A stretch of DNA of 63,869 bases, the filler included, from Sluysia triapertura (lineage: Eukaryota), in the NCBI GenBank assembly GCA_046118255.1. It is 5 parts of 5 records of this genome, joined end to end, with 100 filler letters (N's around TTAATTAATTAA, not from the genome) between each part and the next. Parts side by side here need not be neighbours in the genome. Positions count along the whole stretch, not along the records: positions 38,072 to 48,946 come from JBJNIA010192229.1; positions 49,047 to 63,869 come from JBJNIA010248093.1; 3 more parts are not named here. One strand, 5' to 3'. The notes beneath the pieces were generated by a model, which was not told the DNA's origin, made no database searches, and saw only the letters and a program-made list of their open reading frames with translations. Positions 41,206-53,760 of this stretch are shown in pieces (within the stretch, counting starts at the first letter, position 1; the number at the start of each line of letters is the position of its first letter). The position numbers were made by a program, and so were the translations under genes.

Positions 41206-41207
<2 letters not shown>

Positions 41208-41270
<63 letters not shown>
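41208..41270. repeat. (TTA)n microsatellite abutting a splice acceptor
   Basis: Runs directly into TACAG|exon at 41276. Confidence 0.95.
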
Positions 41271-41272
<2 letters not shown>

Positions 41273-41275
41273 CAG

Positions 41276-43616
41276 AATCAACGTGAAAATCATGTCAAAA
41301 CCTTAGAAGAAACGAATAAAAAAATAAAAACCCAACTTGCTTCATTACAAAATCGTCTTGATGTTACATCAGAAGAACGGAAAAAGTTTGAACTTGAGTC
41401 ATTCAATTTGGTCACAAAATTGAATCAAGCTGAACAAAAAGTTGCAGAACTTAAACAAACCAAATTTGTTTTAGACAGTCAACTGGAAAAGACGAACAAG
41501 GAAACTGAAACTAAAATACAGTCTACAATTCAGCAATATAATGTCAACTTGGGCAAAGCCAATGTACAAATTGAAAAATTTAAAGTTAGAATTTTATTAA
41601 TAACTGATTTATTTCGAAAAAATATTAATATGATATTTTTAAGTTTGAGATCTCATGTTGTTTTTAAGAAACTTTTATTTTATTATTCCTTGCCACACTA
41701 TTTAAAGAAAATACTAAAGTAAAAGTTTTATTAAAGTAAAAATTAAGGAATTTTTTGCTATTCAAATGAAATGTTGAAAGAGCTAATACACAATTTAATT
41801 ATTATAAAGTTAGCAGCCAGTTTTACATAATATATATGTTTTGTACTCTTTTCGATGATGCATTAACTCAATAAATCTGTTTTTAGTGCATTATTCTGAA
41901 AAGTTACCAAAGAAATCTCAAACAAATATCATTAACCCATTAGTACCTACAGATTATTTATTAAGCAACGCACTTATTATACGGCATTTAAGTAAACAAA
42001 CCTACATATAACTTGTCTATATGCATGATCTAGTAATTTATTATACACTATATTTTTTATCTTGCGAAACTATTTATATGCAAGTTTGTGTAAATTTATC
42101 TCTTTTAAATTACGGCCATTAGTGAATTAATTTCTCCATTTTTTCAATCTGTACCAAATATTGCTTTTATATTTCGAAATAATACGATTTATCGATTATT
42201 TCAAGATATGTAAACGATTGATTTTGATAAAAATCTTAATATTGTAAAATATAATTACATTTTTATGTAAAGAGTATATCTTAAGTAATTAGTATTTAAA
42301 TTGAAGTGGTCTTTAAATTTATCACCTGCAATTTTTATAAAGTTCTACCATAATAGCATAATGTCATTGTGCATCTATTACTGAAACGACCTGTACATAG
42401 TTGATTGGATGCTCTAAACACATGGCTTGATTTTTTTAGATCAAACTATAATCAAATTAATAGTATATATTGGGTTGGTGCAAAGTTCGTGCTGTTTTTT
42501 ACAATTATGAAAATGCATACTGATCAAGAATAAAAAACATGCAAAAAATTCCAGATAACAAAATGAATTTATTATATCATTAGAAAAAACAAATATCTCA
42601 ATCTCAATCGGTAAGATATTCAAGCCACAATCGATCACTTCTTTTCAACGTTCTGGTAGTTTGTCAATCGCCCGTTTGAAGAAGCTTGGTGATTTTTGTT
42701 CGAAAAATACTTGAATCCACGTTGTTATTGCTTCTTCGTTTTCAAATGTGAGACCAGAAAGATGGCTCGACAAAGAGCGGAAAAAACGAAAATATGTTGG
42801 GACTAAGTCGGACGAATACGGAAATATTCATTTTTATCTACCTGACACTCCATTTTAATGAGGGTAATGAAAGTGAAAGTTAGTCTAAAATGATTTAAGT
42901 AGATATGTAGAAAATATAGATTAATTCGATATCACCTATATGTTCATTGTTTCCTTGAATATTATCGCCGATTATAACTCTGTAACATTTGATACCACAC
43001 TTTTTAAAAGATCTAAAGTTATTAATCTGACGAATGACGCAACATTTCACTAAATTGCTTTCACTTTTACCAACACACTTTACATGTTATCTGTATTTAC
43101 AAAAAAGGTGAAATTATGTAGCAACTGCCTTTTGGAGTTTGTAATTCATGATTAAACTACTGGTCAGTGTTCGATTATCTTAACCAAGATTTTTTAACAA
43201 GGAAAATTCTCTTATAATTGTGTCTTTTGTTTTAGTCACGAATACAACGTTATGAACAACTAATTCTTCGTCTAGCAAGGACTGTATCAGATAAAACACG
43301 TGAAATTCGTCGCCTTATTGAATTAGGACAACATAAATCTGATGGTGAATCACAGGCAAATTCAAATACTATTTCAAATCAGCCATTTAATGACAGTCTA
43401 GATGAATTGGAAAAACAAGTAATGGAATTAGGGAAGACCCGCGCTGCCGATATTTTAAGTTTGTCCAGTAATCAATTAGATTTATTAATATCGAATAATT
43501 CTACTCATCAAGTCAATAATAACAATAGAATTAATAGCGAATTCAATAATAAATCAAGATCAGACAATGACAAATCTAAGGAAATGTTTATGCTTTGCAA
43601 GAAAGCTTTTAAAAAG
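41276..43616 (+). CDS. Two internal exons of a long coiled-coil protein, centlein-like C-terminal region
   Basis: Open phase-0 exons 41276-41584 (103 codons) and 43236-43616 (127 codons) with canonical sites and heptad-rich sequence. YEQLILRLARTV...RAADILSLSSNQLDLLI recalls the centlein C-terminus (FVKALAKEL...AASILNISRSDLEEIL). The identity is tentative. Confidence 0.7.
42468..42821 (-). mobile_element. Mariner 3' end with TIR
   Basis: PYSSDLVPTYFRFFRSLSSHLSGLTFENEEAITTWIQVFFEQKSPSFFKRAIDKLPER (YSPDLAP motif region). TIR TATTGGGTTGGTGCAAAGTTCG. Confidence 0.88.

Positions 43617-43679
<63 letters not shown>
43617..43679. repeat. (TTA)n microsatellite starting at a splice donor
   Basis: AAG|GTTATTATT...; this produces the spurious poly-Ile tail in the ORF track. 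Confidence 0.95.
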
Positions 43680-44059
43680 TAAAAGATTTTGAATTCCACA
43701 GTTAAACGGTTTGTGTTCGTATTATGATCATGTAATAATTTGTTTTATTTTTTTTACTTTACTTTTGTTTTTAATTTAGCCACTTACTTTGTCTTGGGAA
43801 TTTAACTTTTACTTATCAATTTTCAAATTATCTGAATATTATTTTATACTATTAAAATCCTTACTGTATGTTATCAATTCGAATTGCTTTATAAAAATTC
43901 TCGATTGTCTTATACCTCACTTGATATTATCACTTTATATTGAACTTAGTTAGAGGCGTGAGTTAAAATACTCGTCCTAATTGTTTGGGATAAAAGTGCT
44001 TGACAATTAATGTTTAGTAGTAATATATTTTTATTGGTGGTAACACTCTTAACTTACTT

Positions 44060-45880
44060 TAGTAGTTTACTTTAAACGACAAACCACAAGAAACAAAATA
44101 ATAGAACGTTAATTTATTATTATATAAAATAAAAAAAAATTTTAATACAATTTTATAAATCCCACAAATAAAATATTTACTCACAGTTCTTTTACTTGTT
44201 ATTGAATTGATCGAGATAATAAATACGAGATAATAATTATGTCCAAATAGGGTAACAGAATTACTCTCCACTTCCAAAGAAATGTTAATGTCTTCTAAAT
44301 CGAAATATCACTGTCTTTCAAATTTTCGAAACAGTCAGTTATTTCCAATTATTTATTATTTTATTTGATTTTTTCTTCTCTTTTTATACTATTTTGATTA
44401 CAATTAATTCATATTATCCAAAACTTTTATCCATAATAAATTTCTACCCAATAATACAACATAATTTAACATAAAATAAATTAGATTTTTTAAATGAATA
44501 TCCATAATAAATTTAACATAAATTTCTATCTAATAATACAGCATAAATTTCTAAATTCTAACATATTTTATTATGGGATTTAAATTGATATTAACAAATT
44601 ATTATTATTATTATAAACAAATATTTATTGCTAATTATTATTATTATTATTTTACTGAATATTATAAACAAATTATTATTAATATTTTACTGAATGAATA
44701 TTATAACAAGCACATGGAAAATATTTTATGTAGTAGTCTGTTAGATATTCCAAACAGACTTGGCAAATCAAAATTTATTGTCGGAAACTTTCTGAGTACA
44801 GAAAATCAAAACTAAATTTTTAACCAACAATTATGATTTTAAAATTTGTGTAATCCTTGACCGCAATTCCTACTACCTGTCACAGAGTTATAAAATATAA
44901 TAATTTATTATTTATAAAATTTTTAAAAGATTTTTTGAAATTATTGTAGATAAATAACATGATGTAAACTAATATAATACATTTATAAACTAAATTTATT
45001 TCTCAGTGTAGAATGTTAAAATTTGAAGTTTGACACATGAAATACCAGAACATTGTGCAAAGCAAGAAGAGTATATAATCTTGCATTATCAAATTATATC
45101 TCGATATAACTAGGAATAAAATCAAGTCATAATATCAAATATATAAATTATCGCCGATTACAACTCTGTAACATTTGATAACACACTTTAAAGTGTCTAA
45201 AGTTATTAATCTGACGAATGACGCATCATTTCAATTCAAATTATCAAATTTTCCTAACTTTCTTCTGTTGAGTATATTTCGGGTTCACATTTGTAAATTA
45301 ACGATCAGTTATGAATTTGACTGTGGAAGTATCTTTATATAGTATTTTTATATAGTATACTTTATATAGTATTTTCCACCGTTAATATATAATAATTCTT
45401 CAAATAATTCTTCAAATCCATTCTCTAATTAACTTCTCCCTCTAGTTAAATTCTACTCTATAGTCAATTTCTTTCTATAGATAAAATCATCTAAATGATT
45501 CTAATATATGCATAATCATGGCGTTATAGCAAATTTCACCTATATATTAATTTTCTTCTATAATATTTATTTGGTCATACTGTAATTTATTTATTCTCAT
45601 CTATTTAATAGTTGACTTGTATTTGTTAGGATTCGTTTTTTCATGACTATTTTAATAAAGTCATGGATGTTTTCTTCCTTCCTACCGACTGAACCATAAT
45701 CTCCTATTTCTATTTATGTGTGATGAATTCCAACTCATGGTTTTTAAATTCTGATTTATTTATTTCTTGTCTTTTTTGACTTAAAAACATTTTGCAACGT
45801 TTTCTTTATTGATTCCGGTATTTGTATGTTTACTTTAAAGCTACTTAGACATTCTTTTAAATTACTAAGATATATTAGTT
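44060..45880 (-). mobile_element. Decayed retroelement-like gag/protease debris
   Basis: Broken A-rich minus-strand frames (IGDYGSVGRKENIHDFIK; SVTLFGHNY). A ~90-bp block at 45147-45233 is nearly identical to 42961-43049. Confidence 0.35.
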
Positions 45881-45958
45881 TTACTTTATTTAAAATTCTA
45901 TTCACATGGTTTTAAAATTATATTTTTTAAATTACTATAGAAATTATTATTATTATTC

Positions 45959-46017
<59 letters not shown>

Positions 46018-46239
46018 AATTTATTACTTTGATATTTTGTCTTTAAAGTTTATTTTTGTTAAGTTGTACAAAATCAACTTTACCTTCAAATGAAAGCACT
46101 TTTAGTGATGTTGATATTAGTAATGTGGATATTAGATTAAAAGTTCGAATTAAATTTTGCTTTAAATTTAGTTGAAAATTTTGTAAATATTTATTTGAAT
46201 ATTGAAATCTTTTAAAATTTATTTTAAATTCTATTAAAA

Positions 46240-47426
46240 TTAACGAAATGAATAAAAGTTTTGGCATAGAACTAAATAAAGAACATCAAAGAATCTATTA
46301 AAAATTTCAAAGAACATAATATTAATATTTAAATATTTTATTCTGCATATATCTTTTAATTGAGTCCGTGTTTTGTTGCCTGAAGAAAGGTTATAATTAA
46401 AATTATTATTATTGTAATAAAAGGTAATCGTTACTTTATGGATTTTCATAGACAATCCTTTTAAAGTATGTGTATTCATCCACCAATTAACACTCTTGAA
46501 CAGTTCTTTAACCTCCGATTCGATGACCTTATGTGTATATCGGAACTTTACTTCGTTCATCAAGCAAATTCCTTAATCATCTGCAGAGTATGGGCAGAAG
46601 GTGATGACTTTAGTTAAATAATCTTCTTGTACATGAAAATTCGTTTCGTGGTGATCAACATAGTTACGTTGAACTTTATAATCATTCTCGTCAGCATATT
46701 GTTTGAAATTGTGATCATCATCTTTATATTGTTTAACAAATTTAACAAATCTTTATTCTTTTTGATATTATCATCATAATCGTTATCTTTGTAATGCTTG
46801 GCATAATCATTACCATCTTCATAATGGTTGAAATAGTTGTGACCATCTTTAACTTTATAATTCTTAACGTAATTGTTATCCTCTTTACAATAGTTTACGT
46901 AATCATTACCATTTTTATAATGGTCGAAAGAATTGTTATCATCTTTATTTTTATGGTTCTTGACATAATTATCATCATATATAGAATTGTCAACACATTC
47001 GTTATCATTTTCTTTAAGACTCTTAACATAATTGTCATCATCTTTATCTTTATGATTCTTGACATAATCGTTATCATCTTTAAAATTATTAACATACTCG
47101 TTATAATCTTCATGATGTTTGAAATAACGGTCATGATTTTTATTCTTAAGGCTTTTAACATAATTGTCATCATTTTTATTTTTAAGATTCGCACCATAAT
47201 TATCGTAATCTTTATCTTTATGATTCTTGACATCATCATTATCATCTTTAAAATTATTAATATACTCGTTATAGTTTTTATAATGTTTGAAATAACTGAT
47301 ATTATTTTTATCTTCAAGATTCATAACATAATTATCACCATCTTTATTTTTATGGTATTCAAGATCATCACCAATACCTTTAAGTTTAAGATCATCAACT
47401 TTATAGTAGTTAAAATCGTATGATAT
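46240..47426 (-). pseudogene. Pseudogene with D/N/K/Y/H-rich tandem peptide repeats plus a unique C-terminal segment
   Basis: About 20 imperfect 11-12 aa units (DDDNYVK(N/S)(H/L)K(D/N)K). The frame is open from ATA at 47426, possibly a mutated ATG. There is a frameshift near 46750, a TAA in SADD*GICL, and a probable 55-nt intron after MKIHK. Confidence 0.65.
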
Positions 47427-47639
47427 TTTTTAATTATTTACCAATAAACAGTAAAACGAATTGTGCGATAAAATTTTTTAAATCGTTATTAAAATTTGTG
47501 TTTTTTAGCTAAAATATTTTGTATCACGATTGGTTGTCAAACCAAATTCGTTTGGAGAAAATCAGTATAATAACTGATTTGGTTGGACTTCCAATTCGAT
47601 TGGTTAATTATTTTTAGTGATTTGATGAATTAAGTCATA

Positions 47640-48627
47640 CTCTGATGACAACCATCCTCAACATTGACACGAAATTGTAAATGTAAACAAAATGTCACTG
47701 TTGATGATGTCAGTAACTCAGTTGATTTTGAACTGCGTTAGTAAAATAACTAAAATTAAATTAAATTAAATAAAAATGGTGATAATAATAATAACAATAG
47801 TGTTATTGTTAACCCAAACACATGAGTTTCCTTTTCTTTAGAATTCTAAACACTAGCTGTCTTTTATTCTTTACCTTCTGAACATATTAGACTTAAAAAA
47901 GGAGATGTAGTTTACAAAATAGTGAATTTGTGGTGTTACGGCTTAATGTGTGATAATGACGCTGATTCTGTAGGATAATGTATAAGACTTTTTAGTGTAA
48001 TTTTTAATGCTATTTGCTTATGTCAATTAAAAATACTTTTAAGTGTTAAATATTTTGAGACGCTATGGATATTTATGTGGAAGTTAGAATACTCTTTAAT
48101 GGGGTAATATTTCTAGTTGAAGATGTTATTAGATTATGAATTGTTAATATGCTATAAAGGCGTAGTTTGATGTATAAAAGTAGGTAAGCTATAGTCTAAC
48201 CTTTACATGTTCAGAAGATGATGATACATTCTTGAGAATGTGGTTGTGATTGGGTTGTTAAGAATGAAAAGTAAAATGTTTTGAATAATTTTTTTACTAT
48301 GATTAAATGGTTTAAATGTTGTGGTTTAGATGTTGTGAGGTGTGGAATAAATATTCTCAATGGATCGTTTAATGTGAATTGATGGTATTGTTTTTTATGA
48401 GATTGTATGTTTGAAATATTTTGAAAAGTGAATATTTATTTTGGTGTTTAAGAAGAGAAATAAGATACGAAAACGGGTGTGATGAATTTTATAAGATTGT
48501 TATGTGTTGTTGAAAATATGGTTTTAGTTATGTTGCGTTAATTTAAGGATGTGTAATGTACATTTGAAAGTTTATAAGATTTCAATTTTTTGTGAAATTC
48601 ATTAAAGTTAGTGGGTTCGCCACCACA
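47640..48627 (-). mobile_element. TGTGG-head repeat module, copy A
   Basis: Head TGTGGTGGCGAACCCACTAAC, C/A-rich body alignable to copy C over ~250 nt, TTA microsatellite, terminal hairpin at 47653-47709. Confidence 0.8.
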
Positions 48628-48946
48628 ACATCGCATATAAAAAATCTAACACTTTATATAGAATAATATTTTATAAAGGTTGATTAATATTACATAACAA
48701 ATCATTTATATTGTGTATCATTTGAAGCTAATATTTTGCATTATTAAAAGCTTGGCACGGTTTGAATCACATCTCAAACATATTGCATAATTAATATTGT
48801 AGGGAATCCATAACATCAAACCCATCATATTTCATCGCATAAAAACACTCTACATATACACAAACTATTAAACGAACTACTAAACTCATTTAAAAATAAA
48901 CACGACCATCACATCTAACTATCATGAACAATCGTTATTATTATTA

Positions 48947-49046
48947 NNNNNNNNNNNNNNNNNNNNNNNNNNNNNNNNNNNNNNNNNNNNTTAATTAATT
49001 AANNNNNNNNNNNNNNNNNNNNNNNNNNNNNNNNNNNNNNNNNNNN
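48947..49046. other. Assembly gap with TTAATTAATTAA linker
   Basis: Direct reading. Confidence 0.97.
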
Positions 49047-49225
49047 TATAAATCGAATATAAAATTACAAATGGTAAAATATATTTTGTCAAGATTATCG
49101 TCGTAATAATAATCTCTTTAATTGAAGATTTTAGAACATTTTTTTCTCAACTGTATAATTAAACAATAGTTATAAAATTGATAAATGTCTTAGTAAATTT
49201 TCCTCTATTTTACTTGGAAATTATT

Positions 49226-50005
49226 TGTGGTGACCAACCTATTACTGTTACAAATTTCATTATGCCATCACATAAAACTACATTAAAAACATTTCACTCA
49301 TAACCATAATCACATCGATCAACATTCAAAATCATTAGTACACATTTAAATTCCACTTAGGACATTTTAACTAATAATCTCACAACATTAGAACTACAAT
49401 TAACATCTTAAAATGCCAAATACACATTTAAAACTAATTCAATACATTTTCAAGTTCCAATGTTCTACATTCAAACCTTATCTTCTTTCAAAAAAGTCAA
49501 ATTATATTCAAACACTTACATTTCATACTTTGCAACATGAAAAAATTACATTTAAAATTCAGATCATTAATACACATTAAAACCCAGTTAAAATATTTCA
49601 TTCATTATTTCACAACATCACAATTACAACTACACCTTCAAAATAATTGAAAACACTTCACACTCATAATCCTACTGTACATAGTCTTCAATATCACCGA
49701 AAGACAAATCTATCTAGACATTCTTTTAAATACTCATCCTTTAACATTTTTTAGAGATTAAGATCCTAAATATGTAAGAACTTTAAAATATGTTAAGAAA
49801 TAATAAAAGAAATAAAGAAAGTTCATATAATTTTAAAAGAATAATAGTAATAATAACAATAATAACATTATTATTATTATTATCATTTAATTGTACATTA
49901 TTTACCATTCTAATTAAATTATCAATTTTGTAGCTACCACTATCAATAGTGACACTTTTAATTTATATGTAGAGTATTGTCACTATTGATGGTGGTTGTG
50001 TTTAC
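49226..50005 (+). mobile_element. TGTGG-head repeat module, copy B
   Basis: Head TGTGGTGACCAACCTATTACT (20/21 identical to copy C), shared body blocks, AAT/TTA microsatellite, hairpin at 49937-49995. Confidence 0.85.
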
Positions 50006-50160
50006 AGCATGAACAAAGTTTTAATATTACCCAACATTTTATTGGCTGCCCAATTGGAATAATTCGTGTCGTTTGTTTTTTGTGTTTTGATTGGGCAGCC
50101 ACTAAAATCTAAAGAATTCGGCATCACAAAATTTATGCAAAAATATATTTAGTATATATA

Positions 50161-51217
50161 ATGGACAATACCAAATTATCGCGAATCATAGAAAATGTTT
50201 CTAAATTAAAATGTGTAAAATCTAAACAGATTCAACAATAAGCTATGCCAGTATTACTTAGACATAAACATGTTATTAGTTCATCTAAAACCGGCAATGG
50301 AAGAACTGGTTCATACTGTATACTAATTATTCAACAATACTTAGATGAAGATCAACATTTAATGTATATTAAGATCTTGATACCTACAGTCGAATCGATG
50401 ATACAAGAGTATGGTAAAGTAATGATGACGAGTGAAATTTGAAAATACAGAGATACAGACGTGATTGATCAGTTAATGGAATTTAGTATTTATGATGTCG
50501 ACATTGTAGCAGCAACTCCTAGTCTAATTTTAATGTTGCTACATCACTCGCATCGAATTATAGAAATTTTTTATTCTATCCGACATTTAACAATTGACGA
50601 AGCGGATAAAATTACGAGTTTTCATTTAGATAAAGTTTTACGAATCATGTCACCAAAACCTAGCAATAAAGATAAAGACAACAAAAAAGATTTTTAGACA
50701 ATCACAAATTTATTCCGTCACATATTACAATGATGTCACATATTACACGATCCACAATTTATTCATGCCATATCAGAAGGTAGTTCTCCTAAACAGTGGA
50801 AACAATGTATTTGGGCTATCACTAACAATATTAGTAAAAAAGACACTTTTAGATTAATGTGTGCAACTTTAATGCAATATATTTACAATTCATACCAATC
50901 TAAAGTTTTAATCTTTATTAATGTTAATGCTGTAATGAATCCGGTATAAATAGAATGAACATTAAAGAAATATTACATTATACACGAAGCCGCGAATGTT
51001 TCATCAAAAATACAAAGAAAATGGGACTCGTTCTAAACCAATTGCTCTTCCGTTTTCCAGTAGAGTTTTAGATTCTAAAGATTTTGTTACGGTTGTCTAT
51101 CTCAATGTTACAAAAAATGTTGCCGTTTATGATCATGGAGTTGGTCAAATTAATAGAGTTATTAAGTCAAGTTCTGTTAATACTTACATATTTCCTGTAT
51201 TTAAAAATATACTGTAA
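50161..51217 (+). pseudogene. Intronless-looking DEAD-box RNA helicase pseudogene
   Basis: Q motif KQIQQ*AMP, motif I SKTGNGRT, Ia ILIPT, Ib DIVAATPS, II LTIDEAD, IV KVLIFIN and VI-like YDHGVGQINR. In-frame stops and frameshifts. Confidence 0.88.
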
Positions 51218-53462
51218 CTCTAAAACTCAATCATACACAGATAAACTGCAGTCAAGTTCATACAATTCTCAAATACAAGACGTTCATATGAAGCAACACG
51301 AAATGTTCAACGACAATCATACTAATTTGCTCTCCATTGATGAGATATCAAGCAACGTGAAAGTAAATCTTACATATTTCCATTCTATTGATAAATTGAC
51401 CATATCTTTTTATTTATTCAGGAACGAATTGGATATTCGGAAAATAATCAACATCAATAAAATTTCTTTTTAGTTTGACTATGCAAATAAAATTAGTTTT
51501 TGTTTAGTTTATTGTTTTATTGTATAAAGTACAAAATGCGCTATTTAATGAAAATTACAACGAAATTTAATCAAAATTCCCAATTGAATATCACTAAAAC
51601 AATGTTGAATAAATTGAATGAGAATTTTATGTTATCTGTTTATAACCTAACGTTATTTATTTTACGGAATAAGTTAAGATACAATTAACCAGTACATTAT
51701 TAAAAATTGCCAAATCTGTTAAATGTCACAAGGTCCTCTGAATTAATTAATGTTCCAAAAAATTTCGAGTACCAGAATCAATACGATTGTCGATAGAGCA
51801 GAATTTAAAACTTTTAAAGAATATGACTTTGAATTGAACATTTGTAAAAACAATGCATTTATATTGCAATTTTGACCTTAAAGGTCCAGATATCTATTAA
51901 TAACTTTAGTAATTTTAAAAAGAATAAATTTTTGATTATTTTATTATCAATATTAATATTTTATATATATTCCTAAATATTTATAAAAATAATATGCAAA
52001 AGTTAATTGTTATCATCATATCCTTATTAATCATTACATAAAAATATCATAATAAAAATTATTAATCATCATAATAATTAAAATGACATGATGTCACGTC
52101 ATTATTACATTTTAATATTACTGATATACTTACACCTTTCAGATCACAGCACTCAAATCTAATATAAATAGGTACCAAAATACATTGTGAGATTAACCTT
52201 AAAAAGCATTAAAAATATTCATAATATTTTAAATATTTTAACTTTGCTGACACAAATCGTTATTTGGATTTTAATTTACCGGATTCGAAATAAACTCTTT
52301 CCTTCAGTAACCGTTAGTATACCATTTTTAAGATTTCACATTTTATAGAGTTTTCTACATTTTGACTTTTTAATTGGTTCTAGTCAAAATTTTATTAAAA
52401 TTCAAAAAGTATTTAATTAGTGTTAATCACTTAAATTCAGTATATTTTTATAGTATACTTTAAATTTATTCCACACCAAATATTAAAAATAAAGTTTATC
52501 AGTTTTTGAATATCGACTTCTTTTGAATAATTAATTTGAATTTCATCAATATTATCCTTTTAGAATATTATTTAACATGGATATCCATTGCCTTAAACAT
52601 AAACTTTGTTAAAATATCACTACTTGTATGATCAACCTATTTAATTGGTAGTAAATTGTATTTTCATTAATCTATCTAATAAATAACCTGGCTTATACAA
52701 TGGAACTTCAATCAAAACAATTAATCTCGCCTTAATTTATAGAGATTTAAATTAACAAAGTTGATCTTATTGGTAAAATACCGATTGTAATTAGGTAGTA
52801 ATTTCAGTTATTTCATAGATCTTGTTTAAAAGGGATCGTATATAAAATATAAAATATAATCTCGATATAAAGGCGGAAGTCTAATCAATTAGCAGAATCT
52901 CTAACATAATTTGAACTACTTTAGTACACAGTATAATAAATTACATTAGTTTCTTTTTATTAATTTTATTGAACCTTATTCACAGAATTCATTGTTAAGT
53001 AAATTCAACCTCCATTAATATAAATACTTAAATGCTACTTATTAATTTTATTAGTGTATATTACTATATATTGACATCAACAAACTTTAATATATAAAAA
53101 ACTGGATTAATTGATATCCCAGTAGAAGACTAATCAAATTAACTTCTTAACTTTTCCACTGATTAATTAGCCTAATAACCTTAATCTGACATAAGGAGCA
53201 CTTGAATAACTAATTATTATTATTTTATAGTATTATTCAAAGCAGTTGTAGGTGCAGCTTTTTTTATTTATTCTATTTACTAAAAAATAATAATATTTTT
53301 TATAAAATAATTACTTTAAAACAGTTTATAATTTTGTTTCAAAATAATTTATTATTTTTTAAAATGACTTATAATTATTAAAACAATTTGTAATGAAACT
53401 TAACTAATTTTTATGATTTTTAATTTTATATAGCTTTATAAATTCTATTCTTCTAAAGAAAT

Positions 53463-53760
53463 ATGTCAATAATCTATTAATACGAATTCACATTGGTTTT
53501 GTGGGACGTCAGCCTTGAATCTACGCCGAAATTATTGTGATCCATTGATGCGCAGAAAGATGCTGGTATCGGTTGCGCAATTTTTATTATATAAATTTTA
53601 TAGAAGATACTAATAAAGCTGTGTAAATTGGCACACAAGAGTCAGTGTTCTCTTATTATTCGAACGCGGTATATCGTATCGATAGCATATTCAAATTATT
53701 CTTATAGCGGAAGAAAAACATTTTGGTTAAATATTATGAATATGTTTTACGCAATCTAAA
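53463..53760 (+). pseudogene. WD40-like gene fragment with stops
   Basis: FTLVLWDVSLESTPKLL*SIDAQKDAGIGCAIF resembles a WD40 repeat junction. Short and interrupted. Confidence 0.4.

Noticed and set aside
46794-47423. 209-aa Ile/Phe-rich plus-strand ORF that looks like a membrane protein (and the 140-aa shifted ORF)
   Set aside because: Antisense and alternative-frame shadows of the GAT/AAT-rich repeat gene.
37796-48627. Copies D and A as paired ends of a second giant element
   Set aside because: The interval crosses an assembly gap, contains intact host exons and shows no target-site duplication.
49937-49995. V(D)J-like recombination signal (CAC heptamer-like arms, 23-nt spacer)
   Set aside because: No nonamer is present, and the geometry is a symmetric dyad rather than heptamer-spacer-nonamer.
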